This document shows positions 9,869 to 20,069 of a stretch of DNA of 64,000 nt, one piece after another. The position numbers were made by a program, and so were the translations under genes. The DNA is taken from IMG/VR virus record IMGVR_UViG_3300029892_000001. One strand, written 5' to 3'. Under the pieces are notes generated by a model that ran no database searches, was not told the origin of the DNA, and saw nothing but the letters and a program-made list of their open reading frames with translations. The stretch is from a virus. Positions within the stretch are counted from its first letter, which is position 1; each line of letters opens with the position of its first letter.

Positions 9869-10285
9869 ATGGGCTATCACATCAGCATGATGGATTCGAA
9901 GTTTAGAATTCCTGCCTCTGTGAAAGAACAGGCGCTTGCTGCCATGAAGCGAATGAATCCTTCCAAGAAGGGATCCGGCTACTGGCAGGACAAGCCACAG
10001 TGGGCCTGGGTCGACCAGGAAATCGTCAACAAGGCGCCCACTCTCGAAGATGCCATGACTGAATGGCGCTACGTTCCCGAGATGGATGACGAGGGCAACA
10101 TCGTCGATATCTCCTTCGAGGGCGAGAAGATCGGTGACGAGATGGAGATGTTCAAGACCATCGCACCATTCGTCGAAGAGGGAAGTTACATCGAGATGCA
10201 GGGCGAAGACGGCGCCTTCTGGCGCTGGGTTTTCAAGAACGGCCAGGTCAAGGAAGTCACCCCCAGGGTTGAATGGGACGACTGA
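9869..10285 (+). CDS. conserved phage hypothetical protein
   Basis: Strong RBS; GEK..D...IAPFVEEGSYIEMQGEDG..WRW motif. Confidence 0.75.
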   Translation: MGYHISMMDSKFRIPASVKEQALAAMKRMNPSKKGSGYWQDKPQWAWVDQEIVNKAPTLEDAMTEWRYVPEMDDEGNIVDISFEGEKIGDEMEMFKTIAPFVEEGSYIEMQGEDGAFWRWVFKNGQVKEVTPRVEWDD

Positions 10286-11368
10286 GTGCCTGACAAATTC
10301 GACATGGAAAAAGCGCTTGCTCGGCTCGAAGAGGCCGAGCGGCGCTTTCGCGCTGGTAAACCCCTAGCCCGCACTGTGCTTGACGTTCAGCTTAGCACGG
10401 CGGCAGCGGAGGCTGAAATCAAGGGAGGAGGTGCCCTTGATTATCCGAGTCCTGTCGAGATGCTACAGGCTGAAGGTCCTCACGCTATCGAACGAGAAAT
10501 CGGAATCCGTAGCGGTGTCGTCACCGTTATCATGCGATGGATTGCTCGTAAGATTCTCGCAGTCTCTTCGAGCCCCAACATCTTCGAGGTTTCCGAACCG
10601 CTAGCACTTCGACTCGCTGCTACAGATCTTCGTGGTCTTACAGTCGAAGACCTTCATCTGCCGTTCGAAGCTTTCGTCGTTACCATTCCTCGTGGTATCA
10701 TCGAGATTTGGAGCGACGACACCGGATGGCATGACTGTACGATGATCCTCGTGGCACGCGGCGTCTGGGAAAAGCAATTCCCACGTCTTGCTATGGCGGT
10801 GTATGGCGAACCGAACCGAGCCAGCAAAACGGCGTCCGATGACGCTGCGCTAACATTCTCTCTTCCGCTTGTCCCTGGGCTCGACCTCGCAGAAGCGGCG
10901 CTGCTTAACCGTTACCCGTCCAAGGTTCAAGCACGTAGGCCGGACGGGACTGAGTTGACGTGGACGGAAACGTCGCTGTTTTTTGCTCAGTTCGTGGCAA
11001 ATCTTTGCCTCTATCTATCCAGCCCGGACCCTGATGTTATCCAGCCTGCGATTCTTCAGATCAACAAGCTGAAGGGAAAGAAGGGCAGGAAGGCACAGGA
11101 GAGGCGTCGTAAGCTACAAGCCACTCGTTTGCACGTCGTTGGTAGCCGCCAAAAGATGAGCCGCGAAGAGCGAGAAGCTCTGCGGACCGGAGACACTCGT
11201 TCGGTTGCCTATAAGAGCCTGGTGCGTGGACATTGGCGACGGCAAGCCTACGGACCTGGGCGCGAGTTACGGAAAATCATTTGGATTGCGCCTCATGTGA
11301 GGCACAAGGATCTCGATACGGCGCTTCACGGTCACACGTATGTCCTTTCGAAGGATCGGGAGGAATAA
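10286..11368 (+). CDS. hypothetical protein with C-terminal VRGHWR motif
   Basis: 360 aa; VRGHWRRQAYG...IWIAPH basic C-terminal module common in phages. Confidence 0.75.
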   Translation: MPDKFDMEKALARLEEAERRFRAGKPLARTVLDVQLSTAAAEAEIKGGGALDYPSPVEMLQAEGPHAIEREIGIRSGVVTVIMRWIARKILAVSSSPNIFEVSEPLALRLAATDLRGLTVEDLHLPFEAFVVTIPRGIIEIWSDDTGWHDCTMILVARGVWEKQFPRLAMAVYGEPNRASKTASDDAALTFSLPLVPGLDLAEAALLNRYPSKVQARRPDGTELTWTETSLFFAQFVANLCLYLSSPDPDVIQPAILQINKLKGKKGRKAQERRRKLQATRLHVVGSRQKMSREEREALRTGDTRSVAYKSLVRGHWRRQAYGPGRELRKIIWIAPHVRHKDLDTALHGHTYVLSKDREE

Positions 11369-11370
11369 CC

Positions 11371-11619
11371 GTGGATTTCAGCGAGGCGCTGCAGAACATG
11401 CGGGAAGGTAAGCGAGTGCGCCGGCCCGAGCATGCACCATCGTACCTGGTGATGCACGAGTTCCGAACACCAATGGGTCGGCCGTTTACTCAGATTGTAG
11501 TTAGCGATCCCACGGACAAGTGGCCGGATGTGGAATGGCGGCCCAGTCAGTGTCAGATTCTTGCGACTGACTGGGAAGTTGTGGAGGATGAGCATGGTGG
11601 ACCCCAAGGATCTATCTGA
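11371..11619 (+). CDS. DUF2829 / Thoeris anti-defence Tad2-like protein
   Basis: MDFSEAL..MREGKRVRR and W.PSQ..ILATDWEVV termini characteristic of DUF2829; GGAGG RBS before GTG. Confidence 0.7.
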   Translation: MDFSEALQNMREGKRVRRPEHAPSYLVMHEFRTPMGRPFTQIVVSDPTDKWPDVEWRPSQCQILATDWEVVEDEHGGPQGSI

Positions 11620-11920
11620 CGAAGAGCTTTACGCCGAACTAAACCGGCGTGAACAGGCCCGGAAGGCGCAAGCAGAAGCCGAACGTCTAGAGCGCGAACG
11701 GCGCGAACGGGAGGCAAAGGAAGCCATGTTTGCCGTCATCCGGGAGCGATCTGACGCTTTCCTGGCCATCACTCCGCATACGAGAACATCTTGTTCGGAT
11801 GAGAATCCGAACAACTCCCGACGGGGCTGCACCCGCTGCGTCCTTCTAGAGTTCCTGAAAGAAAGCTGGGCCAGCACTGAAGACTGGGACATCGAGTTCG
11901 ATCTAAAACGCATGTACTGA
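11588..11920 (+). CDS. hypothetical protein (coiled coil + HxxxSCSD...CxRC)
   Basis: RBS; Cys/His motif. Confidence 0.6.
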   Translation: MSMVDPKDLSDEELYAELNRREQARKAQAEAERLERERREREAKEAMFAVIRERSDAFLAITPHTRTSCSDENPNNSRRGCTRCVLLEFLKESWASTEDWDIEFDLKRMY

Positions 11921-12192
11921 TGATTGTTGTCAAGATCGAATTGTGGCCTTTGGGGTCCGAGGAACGCCGTCGTGAGATCGGGCGAATGTACATCGCTAAC
12001 GACGGATCAGGAACACAAGTCAGAGGCAACTACAAGGCTGTAGTTTGTCGGCGGGGGACGACTGAGAATCCACTACGTGGTCGTGTGAGGGCTGTTCGAG
12101 AAGGTCACGTCGAGAACTATCCACGCAAATCAGCAAACGTCTGGAAGCTCATCATGAGGTGTCTTCGTTCTGCCTTTCCAGAGGAAAAGTGA
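11920..12192 (+). CDS. conserved small phage protein
   Basis: MIVVKIELWP.G...EIGRMYIANDG.G...GNY pattern. Confidence 0.65.
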   Translation: MIVVKIELWPLGSEERRREIGRMYIANDGSGTQVRGNYKAVVCRRGTTENPLRGRVRAVREGHVENYPRKSANVWKLIMRCLRSAFPEEK

Positions 12193-12408
12193 TGGATTAC
12201 TCCTACCCTCCTACCCATGTTCCATGCCGGCCTATCGAGCCAGACATTCGCCTGGCTGGTGACGGTCGTGTCACTTTTGAATTCGAGGGAAGAGACTACG
12301 AAACGTTCATTCCCTATACGTGGAAACTGCGAGGCAAAGACTATCGATTTGTCGAGATCATCCTTTCGGCCGAACGGACGATCATCGCCGAACTTTCGGA
12401 GGACTGAC

Positions 12409-12774
12409 ATGAGCGTCACACCTAAGCGAGAAAAGTCAAGCCTTGAAGGCTGGGCGGAGGCCATCGAACAGTCGGGCCGACAGTACCAGGAGAAGAGAGC
12501 GAAGCAACGACAGGAGCGATGCGAGTTCCTACGGAACTATTTCCGTGAGAATCCCTCCAGAATTCAGCGCTTTGACGAGGATCGCGTACTCCTCTGGAAG
12601 GACGACGAAAAGAATCGAGAAGTCATCCTCAACGAGAAATTCGCAGACGATATTCTAGCCAACGAGAAGGTTCTTGAGGCCCTCTGGGAAGAAATCGCCC
12701 GGCGTGCAAGCTTCGACGAATACCTTCTCGACATGTTGGAGGCCGAATGCCGAAATTCTACTGCAAGGTCGTAG
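12409..12774 (+). CDS. hypothetical protein
   Basis: GGAGG RBS. Confidence 0.6.
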   Translation: MSVTPKREKSSLEGWAEAIEQSGRQYQEKRAKQRQERCEFLRNYFRENPSRIQRFDEDRVLLWKDDEKNREVILNEKFADDILANEKVLEALWEEIARRASFDEYLLDMLEAECRNSTARS

Positions 12775-13307
12775 TCGACGGTCGACCTATATGGGGATAC
12801 CGGAACGCGAAGACTGATGAATTGGCCCTGGCCTGCTTTCTCCAAGACCATGGCCTCTCAGAAGAGCACGCTAAGAGAGGTTTTGCCGACACGGTAGACC
12901 TCCTTAAGATGGCCCGTCTACTGGAATTCATTCCTGAGGACCTCGACCCATGGGGATGTGATACGCCCTTCACTCTTCAGGACGTAGAAGAAGTGGACGA
13001 GGACCACATCGAAGACCTTCGAGCCTACGAATCACACGACCTGGCAACGTCGCGAGTCACTGATCGTTTTTGGCACGCTGCCCGCATTCTTTGGCTCATC
13101 AAGAACCCCGAGTCTCTTGAAGATCCCATTTCGGTCGACAACCACTGTCATTACGGAAACGTCTATCCTCTTCCAGAGATCATGGATGGATGGCATCGTT
13201 TCTTTGCTCACCGCTTTCTCGGGAACGAGACGATTCCTGCACTGTACTCTGGTCGCGTAGACCTGCTTCGCTACCTTCAGGGCAAAACGGATAAGCTACC
13301 GGAGTAA
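12747..13307 (+). CDS. ParB/Srx-like domain protein
   Basis: DPISV...IMDGWHRFFAH..LG..TIP motif. Confidence 0.55.
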   Translation: MPKFYCKVVVDGRPIWGYRNAKTDELALACFLQDHGLSEEHAKRGFADTVDLLKMARLLEFIPEDLDPWGCDTPFTLQDVEEVDEDHIEDLRAYESHDLATSRVTDRFWHAARILWLIKNPESLEDPISVDNHCHYGNVYPLPEIMDGWHRFFAHRFLGNETIPALYSGRVDLLRYLQGKTDKLPE

Positions 13308-13583
13308 AAATGGCCTCGCAATTCCAGCTAAAGGATAGAGTCCGAAACCACCAACATCAGGAGGAAGGAATCGTCATTGAAACGGCCGTCCGAATTGGTG
13401 TTGGAAACGTATACCGGGTCAACTGGAAGGGCCTCCCAGAGGAGAAGAATTACACCTGGCATACCGAAGACGAGCTAATCCACGCCAGTGTCGTTCAGGA
13501 CGTCCTTCAAAGCTTTGCGCCGAACGATCCAGAAGTCCAGTCGAGACTGAGTCAGTGGGCGCAAATCGCAACACGGAAGAAAG

Positions 13584-14159
13584 ATGGAAACTGTGGTAAT
13601 CGAGGGCCAGACGGTTCGACGTGAAGGTGGGCGGGTTCATCTCCTCGAAGCACGTCTAGATTCTCTGCCTGCATACCGAACGTTCCGCGGGTGGGCAGAC
13701 CACTGGGATGACCCTGGTACGATCTTGGTCGCGGAGACCACAGTCAATTTTGATTTCGAAGTGTTCTTCGCAATCTCAGTTGACGAAGTTTATCCCGACT
13801 GGGTAAAGCCTTTGTGGCGAGCAACGCTACATGCTGTCGCTCCTGATGCTCCGGATCCCGCTGTTCTGGAGGCAGCATTGGATCTTGCGGTGCTGGACCC
13901 TGACCAACTGCCCGTCAAAGACCGCAATGCGGCAAAGATTGAGGCAATGATTTGGTATGGGGCTACGGCCACGCTGGCAGAATTCTTCTCCAAAAATCCA
14001 CGATCCGCTGTGCTAGCTGCGATGGCCGAGAGCACCGGGGCGATGGCAAATCTACCGGTGTATCTTGACGACCAGGTAAACCAGCTCGGACATACTGGAT
14101 GGGATTTCTTGAAGGGCCTAATCCCTCGCCAAGAGAAATCCAAGGCTGAAATAGCGTAA
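13584..14159 (+). CDS. hypothetical protein
   Basis: 191 aa. Confidence 0.6.
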   Translation: METVVIEGQTVRREGGRVHLLEARLDSLPAYRTFRGWADHWDDPGTILVAETTVNFDFEVFFAISVDEVYPDWVKPLWRATLHAVAPDAPDPAVLEAALDLAVLDPDQLPVKDRNAAKIEAMIWYGATATLAEFFSKNPRSAVLAAMAESTGAMANLPVYLDDQVNQLGHTGWDFLKGLIPRQEKSKAEIA

Positions 14160-14185
14160 CAATTGGCTCTAGTCCAGAGAAGCTC

Positions 14186-14202
14186 GAACCCTGCCGATAA
14201 TA
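14186..14202 (+). promoter_or_regulatory. 17-bp motif copy 3 (GAACCCTGCCGATAATA)
   Basis: Consensus; AGGAGG RBS 8 nt downstream. Confidence 0.75.
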
Positions 14203-14497
14203 AGAGCAAAAGGAGGCCCGGATGGGTTTGGTCGGTAATCCCAGCTCGGTTCTTCTGACTACCGGCGAAATGAGTGCGGAACAGTTCGCTGAGTTCAAGA
14301 AGGGCTGGATTCGATACGAAGCCATCAAGCTTCAACGTGACGGCATTTCCGAGGCTATTGCTCATAGGACAGCCGAGGATGAATTTGCTTTCATGGAGAA
14401 GACTGGTTTCGAGGCCGTGAACGACGTCACGCTCCGTAACCGCGCAATTCGTCGTAGCCTGCGCTCAGAATAGTCAACGTCGGCAAGGGAGGTTCTC

Positions 14498-14866
14498 ATG
14501 TGGTTGGTGTTCATGATGTACCCGGAGGTCAACACGGTCCAGGGTCACAGGAAGGGAGCAACCCTGATGGCACAGGGACTCCTGCGCGTGGCAGAGATGC
14601 AAGTCGGCCACGCACGATCTGAGGAAGAGGCGAAGCGGCTGTGCGTGAAGCTCGCACTTCAAACCCTCAAGGATCGTAAGCTGGATTCGACCGTCATCGG
14701 GTACGGCATCCGGAATTACCACGCGAAGAAGGGCGCGAAGCTGGTCTGGAAGGTTTCGATTCCCCAGATGATTCGGGTTCTTAAGGCACGCAAGGCGCGA
14801 CGTGATGCCGCAGTCAAGCTCCTTAGGACCGCCGGCACCAAGAAGAGGAAGGAAAAGGCCGCATGA
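14498..14866 (+). CDS. basic hypothetical protein
   Basis: GGGAGG RBS. Confidence 0.6.
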   Translation: MWLVFMMYPEVNTVQGHRKGATLMAQGLLRVAEMQVGHARSEEEAKRLCVKLALQTLKDRKLDSTVIGYGIRNYHAKKGAKLVWKVSIPQMIRVLKARKARRDAAVKLLRTAGTKKRKEKAA

Positions 14867-15639
14867 CGTTGAGAAGCACGAACCTCATTCAGCGGCTGAA
14901 GGGTCCGCGACCGTACGCCAACGAGGAAGGCATCAAGCCGCACCACGTATTCGGAGGAGGCCTGCTGGGGTTATCTAAGGATGCGTGGAGCGTCCTCGAC
15001 CCCATCTGTACTATCGACTACATGGGGGCCGCCGAATACGAATTCGGCACGCTCCCTCAGTGTCTCAATACACTGGCGCAATATGCGCAAGAACAGAAGT
15101 TGCGATCCTTCGCATTCGTGGTTGGACCGCATGAACGCGAACTGAATTGGAGTCGGAAGTACCCTAAGAAGGGGCAGGCGTTTCCTCCCGCCAAGTACGT
15201 AGGAATCTACGGCATCGCCGTCGACTACATGCTCGAAGAAGTCCAAGACAGAGTTCGTCTTCTTCTTTCCGACTCCAACTCATTCCATGTCAAGCGCGGA
15301 ACCGATTTCACTCGTGCTCTTGACCCGTTGTCGGAGTATGAGGCTCGCGAGCCTACGCTCGGATGGTTCGAGCTGAACAACCACTTCCTCATCTTCCAGG
15401 ACCGGACGATGTGGGAAAACTTCTGCGCCCTATTCGAGGTCCAGAAGTGTGATCTTCCAGCCGTTCCGGTTACGGTGGACTACACCAAGATGGACAAGAA
15501 GGCATTGGTGGCTACCGCTGTAAGCCTCGGAATGTTCAGGAACAAGACGCATGCTGGAAAGGTGCGTAAGGGAGACCTGATCAAGGCTCTTCTCGATGCA
15601 CAGGCAGAATCCAACGCCAGTCTGTCAGGAGCAGCATGA
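14863..15639 (+). CDS. hypothetical protein with C-terminal Rho-N/HEH-like helix
   Basis: DYMGAAEYEFG motif; C-terminal DYTKMDKKAL...RKGDLIKAL. Confidence 0.65.
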   Translation: MTLRSTNLIQRLKGPRPYANEEGIKPHHVFGGGLLGLSKDAWSVLDPICTIDYMGAAEYEFGTLPQCLNTLAQYAQEQKLRSFAFVVGPHERELNWSRKYPKKGQAFPPAKYVGIYGIAVDYMLEEVQDRVRLLLSDSNSFHVKRGTDFTRALDPLSEYEAREPTLGWFELNNHFLIFQDRTMWENFCALFEVQKCDLPAVPVTVDYTKMDKKALVATAVSLGMFRNKTHAGKVRKGDLIKALLDAQAESNASLSGAA

Positions 15640-16058
15640 CTCTGAAGAGGAAGCTAAAGCGGAAAAAGCAAAAGCTTCAGAAGGCCAGGGATACCTATCA
15701 AGGCGCGTTGCGCCTCTCCTCTTCTGACGAATGGTTCTTCGTGCCCAGGCCTACCCCAGAACCGCCGCCTCCTAGAGAGATGGAGCCAGAACGAGATGAA
15801 CAAGAGGTAAAGATCGCCTGCGAATTGGTTCTGCTCTTTGCTCTCATGCACCGCAAGCGTAACAATGCATGGTGGGGCTGGTGCCAGGAGATGGCGTTCT
15901 CCCGGCCTTCGGGCAGTTACTCTGAGGTTTTCTTCTGGTCGATGCGAACCCTCGGAGGGACCGACGATACTCTAAACGACTTCAGAGAGTACCTTGCCTG
16001 GAAGTGGGAGGAATTCGAATCTGGTCGGCTGCGGCGAGAAGGACCGCGGTGGGCCTAG
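15636..16058 (+). CDS. hypothetical protein
   Basis: ATGA overlap. Confidence 0.55.
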   Translation: MTLKRKLKRKKQKLQKARDTYQGALRLSSSDEWFFVPRPTPEPPPPREMEPERDEQEVKIACELVLLFALMHRKRNNAWWGWCQEMAFSRPSGSYSEVFFWSMRTLGGTDDTLNDFREYLAWKWEEFESGRLRREGPRWA

Positions 16059-16284
16059 GAGACTGAGATGTTCTTCATCGTGATTCGCAGTAAGAAGAGC
16101 GGCCAAGAGATTCGACACTTCTTTACCGGTACGAAGGAATCGGTGATCAACGAAGCCAAGACGATTCGTCGAGAGAGCCGAGACCCTGTAGAAGTCTACT
16201 CGACCAGGCAGACAGCCTGGGGCGAGTTCATATGCGATTATCGGATCGCATCGTTCGGAAAGAAGTAATCAGGAGGGCCACGAC

Positions 16285-16443
16285 ATGACACAGGAAACCA
16301 AGGAAGACTGCTCCTGCTCGAAGAACAAGTCGGATAGCGGAAGCTCGGACGGATCGTGCTTTCTGTTCGGGATTTCCATCGATGGTGAGCACTACGACGT
16401 AGGGTGCTCGTGCGACGGCATCGAAGTAACACCTTCTCGGTGA
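16285..16443 (+). CDS. 52-aa protein, paralog of 19617-19781
   Basis: AGGAGG RBS; GSSDG..FLFG.S..G.HYDVGCS..GIE shared with 19617. Confidence 0.55.
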   Translation: MTQETKEDCSCSKNKSDSGSSDGSCFLFGISIDGEHYDVGCSCDGIEVTPSR

Positions 16444-16608
16444 ATTATGGCTTTTGAACTCACAGCCAGCGATGCCTTCTTCCTAGGTAAAGTCTACCAC
16501 TGCCATCAAAAGACTGGCGGTGGTAGTCTTGATTTCTATCCGGACCAAAATCCGGAAGACTACATGATGGCCGTCCGTCTGCAACAGCAGGGTCTTGTTC
16601 ACGTGGAA

Positions 16609-16650
16609 CTATTTCCACGCCAAGCCCTGCTATTTCCACGCCAAGCCCTG
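16609..16650 (+). repeat. perfect 21-bp tandem duplication in ORF 16447-16749
   Basis: CTATTTCCACGCCAAGCCCTG x2 (LFPRQAL x2). Confidence 0.85.
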
Positions 16651-16745
16651 ATGGTGGGTGAAAAACAAATCCTTCCACGCACGGCAGCAGTAATATTGAC
16701 TCCGGCTGGGGACGCCGTGTGTGAATCATTGAAAATGGTGAAGAC

Positions 16746-17102
16746 ATGATGAAATGGAAGTTGTGGCTGGACGATCTGCGTAACCCTTCTGTCGAGTGTC
16801 CGGAAATCACCGACTTCATTTGGTGTCGCGATTGCGACCAAGCCATGTATTACGTGAAGATGTGGGGTCCTCCGTTCTTCATGGCACTGGATCACGATCT
16901 AGGCGTGCCGGTACCCAGGTATGCAATCTCTGGCCCTGGGGCAGCACCCGAAACGGTCATGAAGTTCCTTCGCTGGCTGGAAAGAAACTATCCGGACTCG
17001 TGCCCTGACTACCGAATCCATTCCGCAAACCCTGTTGGACAGGAAAACATCCAGTCCTTCATGGAGTCATGGAAGGCTGTTGTTTTTGGTGGGAAGCGAT
17101 GA
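16746..17102 (+). CDS. cyclic-phosphate-processing receiver domain protein
   Basis: LWLDDLR, LDHDLG and IHSANPVG motifs. Confidence 0.75.
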   Translation: MMKWKLWLDDLRNPSVECPEITDFIWCRDCDQAMYYVKMWGPPFFMALDHDLGVPVPRYAISGPGAAPETVMKFLRWLERNYPDSCPDYRIHSANPVGQENIQSFMESWKAVVFGGKR

Positions 17103-17321
17103 ACATCAAAGACAAAATCAACCAAGTGAGTCAACGTCTTACTAGTATGTCGGTGTCATCGGAGAACACCGATGCAATCATCGACTCTGGCAATTCACTT
17201 GGAGAAGCACGAGAAGCTCTAGAGTCTGGAGACATCAAGAGGGCTAGCGAGCTAGTTAAGCTCGCAGACGAGCAACTGGATTGCGGAGAGCCGTAAGTCT
17301 ACGCTCACGAGGGAGGTCATA

Positions 17322-18584
17322 ATGAAAATAGATCCTACGCTAATCCCTGAGCCTGTCCGTCAGGTCGCGGCAACGCTCCGCAGCGCAGGCTTTCAGGCCT
17401 GGATTGTAGGTGGTTGCGTTCGTGACCTTCTTCGAGGCGCAGGAAATCAAATAGCAGATTGGGATTTGACGACCGAGGCTCTCCCCGGAGACGTCCAGTC
17501 GCTATTTCCCCACACGATCCCAACTGGAATCCAGCACGGGACCGTAACGGTGATGATTGGCCGTGAAGGATATGAGGTCACCACTCTTCGTGGTGAAGGT
17601 GCATATTCGGACGGTAGGCGACCTGACGAAGTTTTCTTCGTGAAGTCAGTCGAAGAAGACTTGGCACGTCGGGATTTCACCGTCAACGCCATCGCAGCCG
17701 ATCCTGTTTCAGGGGAAATCACAGACCCATGGGGCGGAAGAAAGGACCTCCAAGCCAAAGTCATTCGGGCGGTCGGCAACCCGATGGAAAGGTTCAAGGA
17801 GGACGGCCTTCGAGTTCTGAGGGCTGCTCGATTCTGTGCGGCACTCCAGTGTGAATTGGAGCGCTCCACGGAAGAGGCAATTCGTCCGAACTTAGAGACT
17901 TTCTCTAAGGTGGCGTCGGAACGGATTCTAGCCGAGTGGGTGAAGGCAGTAGAAAAGGCACGCTGGCCCTCTACCGCTTTCTACATCATGAAGCGAACCG
18001 GGATTCTAGACTCAATCGGAGGCCCCCTGGCTGAGTTAGAGGCAGCCAGATTCTCTAGGGCGATGACTCGGCTAGATTCGGCACCCAGGAACTTTCCTTT
18101 GGCAATGGCTGCTGTTCTTCTGGAGGCCAGGGCCAGTGAACGAGCCATTGAAATCTGGCTTAGAGCAATGAAGACGTCCAACGCGGACCGAGAGCTTATC
18201 AAGCGGGTAGCTCTTGGACTTCGTGAGGCACCTTCAGTGTCAGAGATGCTAGCCTGGGAAGATTCCGCAATTCGAAGGTGGGCCAGCAATATCGGTGTTC
18301 GTTACCTACGCGACGCTGAGCTGGTGTACCTGTCGAACCCCTACGGCAGCTCGGAGAGCGATCGAATCGCCCTCCGGGAGCGTCTCAGGAAGGTTCTGGA
18401 CCCAGGCGTGCCGCTGGAGTTAAAAGGCCTTGCCGTTTCCGGCGATGAACTGCAAGAGCACCTAGGCATCCCTCCCTCGCGCAAGCTAGGAGAGTTGCTT
18501 AAGCAGCTCCTGGAGTTCGTGCTCGACGACCCGGCACGAAACGAGAAGCAGATTCTTCTCACCAAAGCTCGTACTCTTCTCTAA
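17322..18584 (+). CDS. cca: class II tRNA nucleotidyltransferase (CCA-adding enzyme)
   Basis: VGGCVRD, DWD, EVTTLR.E..Y.DGRRP, DLARRDFTVNA, EDGLRVLRAARF motifs. Confidence 0.9.
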   Translation: MKIDPTLIPEPVRQVAATLRSAGFQAWIVGGCVRDLLRGAGNQIADWDLTTEALPGDVQSLFPHTIPTGIQHGTVTVMIGREGYEVTTLRGEGAYSDGRRPDEVFFVKSVEEDLARRDFTVNAIAADPVSGEITDPWGGRKDLQAKVIRAVGNPMERFKEDGLRVLRAARFCAALQCELERSTEEAIRPNLETFSKVASERILAEWVKAVEKARWPSTAFYIMKRTGILDSIGGPLAELEAARFSRAMTRLDSAPRNFPLAMAAVLLEARASERAIEIWLRAMKTSNADRELIKRVALGLREAPSVSEMLAWEDSAIRRWASNIGVRYLRDAELVYLSNPYGSSESDRIALRERLRKVLDPGVPLELKGLAVSGDELQEHLGIPPSRKLGELLKQLLEFVLDDPARNEKQILLTKARTLL

Positions 18585-18620
18585 AATGGGGGTCGCTTCG
18601 GCGGCCCCCATTTTCTTTTT
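18583..18620 (+). terminator. intrinsic terminator
   Basis: AAAATGGGGGTCGC-TTCG-GCGGCCCCCATTTT + T-tract. Confidence 0.8.
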
Positions 18621-18631
18621 GGAGGAACTAA

Positions 18632-19141
18632 ATGACGCTAGCTTTCATCGTTCTCGGCCTGTTTTGCTTTTTCGCAGTTGTTCGATGGGCCATGACCAGT
18701 CAGGACGCAAATCATTTTCGACGCCTTACAGCCGATCTCGAAAGCGAAGTCGCACATCTTCAAAGAAGGATCCGTCATTTTGAAATGCCGGAACATGAAC
18801 CGGACGACGAGGAGATGGCACTTCTGAAAGTTGGAAGTCCGGTCGAAATCGTAGTCGGTGGCTTTAGAATCCGTGGTAAGATGGAATCTATTGCATCTCC
18901 TAGTCCTCACCAAGATTCGTGTCTCGGTTTTTGTTTTCGTGCTGACGGGGACCCTAACACGATGTGGATCGACCCCGATTATGGCCAAGTATATGTGTTG
19001 GACGACTCGGATACCGAGCACCATAACGAACATGTTGTAGCTCAGCTTGAAAAGGTGCGAGAGCGTTTGTCGGAAGAGGAGGAAATAGAATGGAACTACG
19101 GAACCTTGCTGAATTTGCAGACATCTTCTTGGCGGTCCTAG
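18632..19141 (+). CDS. membrane-anchored hypothetical protein
   Basis: N-terminal TM helix; GGAGG RBS. Confidence 0.6.
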   Translation: MTLAFIVLGLFCFFAVVRWAMTSQDANHFRRLTADLESEVAHLQRRIRHFEMPEHEPDDEEMALLKVGSPVEIVVGGFRIRGKMESIASPSPHQDSCLGFCFRADGDPNTMWIDPDYGQVYVLDDSDTEHHNEHVVAQLEKVRERLSEEEEIEWNYGTLLNLQTSSWRS

Positions 19142-19321
19142 TCTTGGGAACGTTCGTCATGACGACCGCCATGCTTTGGACAGGCCCAGGATTCAGCTCA
19201 GACGACGACGGCGACGAACCGTGGCCGTAACGTGGATCTGGGGCTACTATACTTGGCTGGGTGGGTAGCTTTAGGCTACGTGCTTTTGCAGTTTCTGTGG
19301 CCAGACGAGAAGGAGTAGCCA

Positions 19322-19606
19322 GTGGAAGCCTACATCACAAAAGGTACCAGAGTCCACGTTGAGAGACTCCATGTCACGGGGCCGGCGGCACTCGCAGGGG
19401 CCCAAATGAAGTTCGGAGCAGAACTTCACAGCTTCGAAGGAACTGTTCGTCACGTTCGAGGCGACGATCCAGTCAATCCCACCAAGATTGGTTTATGGGT
19501 CGAACCGGACGAAGGCGCTGAAAAATACGACGGCAAGATGTGTCCTAAGTGCGGCGTCCTTGAAGTAGGGCCTATTGCGCTAGAGAACATTCGTCCCATT
19601 GCGTAG
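19322..19606 (+). CDS. hypothetical protein with CxxC
   Basis: AGGAG RBS, GTG start. Confidence 0.55.
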   Translation: MEAYITKGTRVHVERLHVTGPAALAGAQMKFGAELHSFEGTVRHVRGDDPVNPTKIGLWVEPDEGAEKYDGKMCPKCGVLEVGPIALENIRPIA

Positions 19607-19616
19607 GAGGAGACCA

Positions 19617-19781
19617 ATGTCTGACAATGAAGGAAGCTCTGATGGATACGCAAGTTGCGGTGGGTGCCTTGTGGTATTCCTCGTCGTCTGGGTATTTTTG
19701 TTTGGGGTCTCCTTCGGTGGAGCCCATTACGATGTCGGCTGCTCAGCATCGCAGGGCATCGAGATCAACGAAGACCGATGA
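19617..19781 (+). CDS. 54-aa single-TM protein
   Basis: AGGAGG RBS; TM segment; paralog of 16285. Confidence 0.55.
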   Translation: MSDNEGSSDGYASCGGCLVVFLVVWVFLFGVSFGGAHYDVGCSASQGIEINEDR

Positions 19782-20015
19782 GCGAGCCACGTAATACACC
19801 GTCCTATTCGGCCACCAATGCTGTTGGTGGCCGAATCATTTTGCAGTTCTGCGAATGGCGTAACGGTCAGGCCTACATGGTTACGGACGGGTGCGCGGCT
19901 TACTTAGTAGATCCTCAAACGGGAATCTGCGAGGGGATCGAAAGCGTTCGTGGGGTGGTGCTCACTCTTGTTCCGAACGCCTTACGACGGCTGCGGCGTG
20001 CATACGAAGAGCGCT

Positions 20016-20032
20016 GAACCCTGCCGATAATA
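20016..20032 (+). promoter_or_regulatory. 17-bp motif copy 4
   Basis: GAACCCTGCCGATAATA; core complementary to CGGCAGGG at 20057-20064, which overlaps the RBS. Confidence 0.75.
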
Positions 20033-20069
20033 AAGCCCGTGATCGCCGCTTGTCAGCGGCAGGGAGGAA

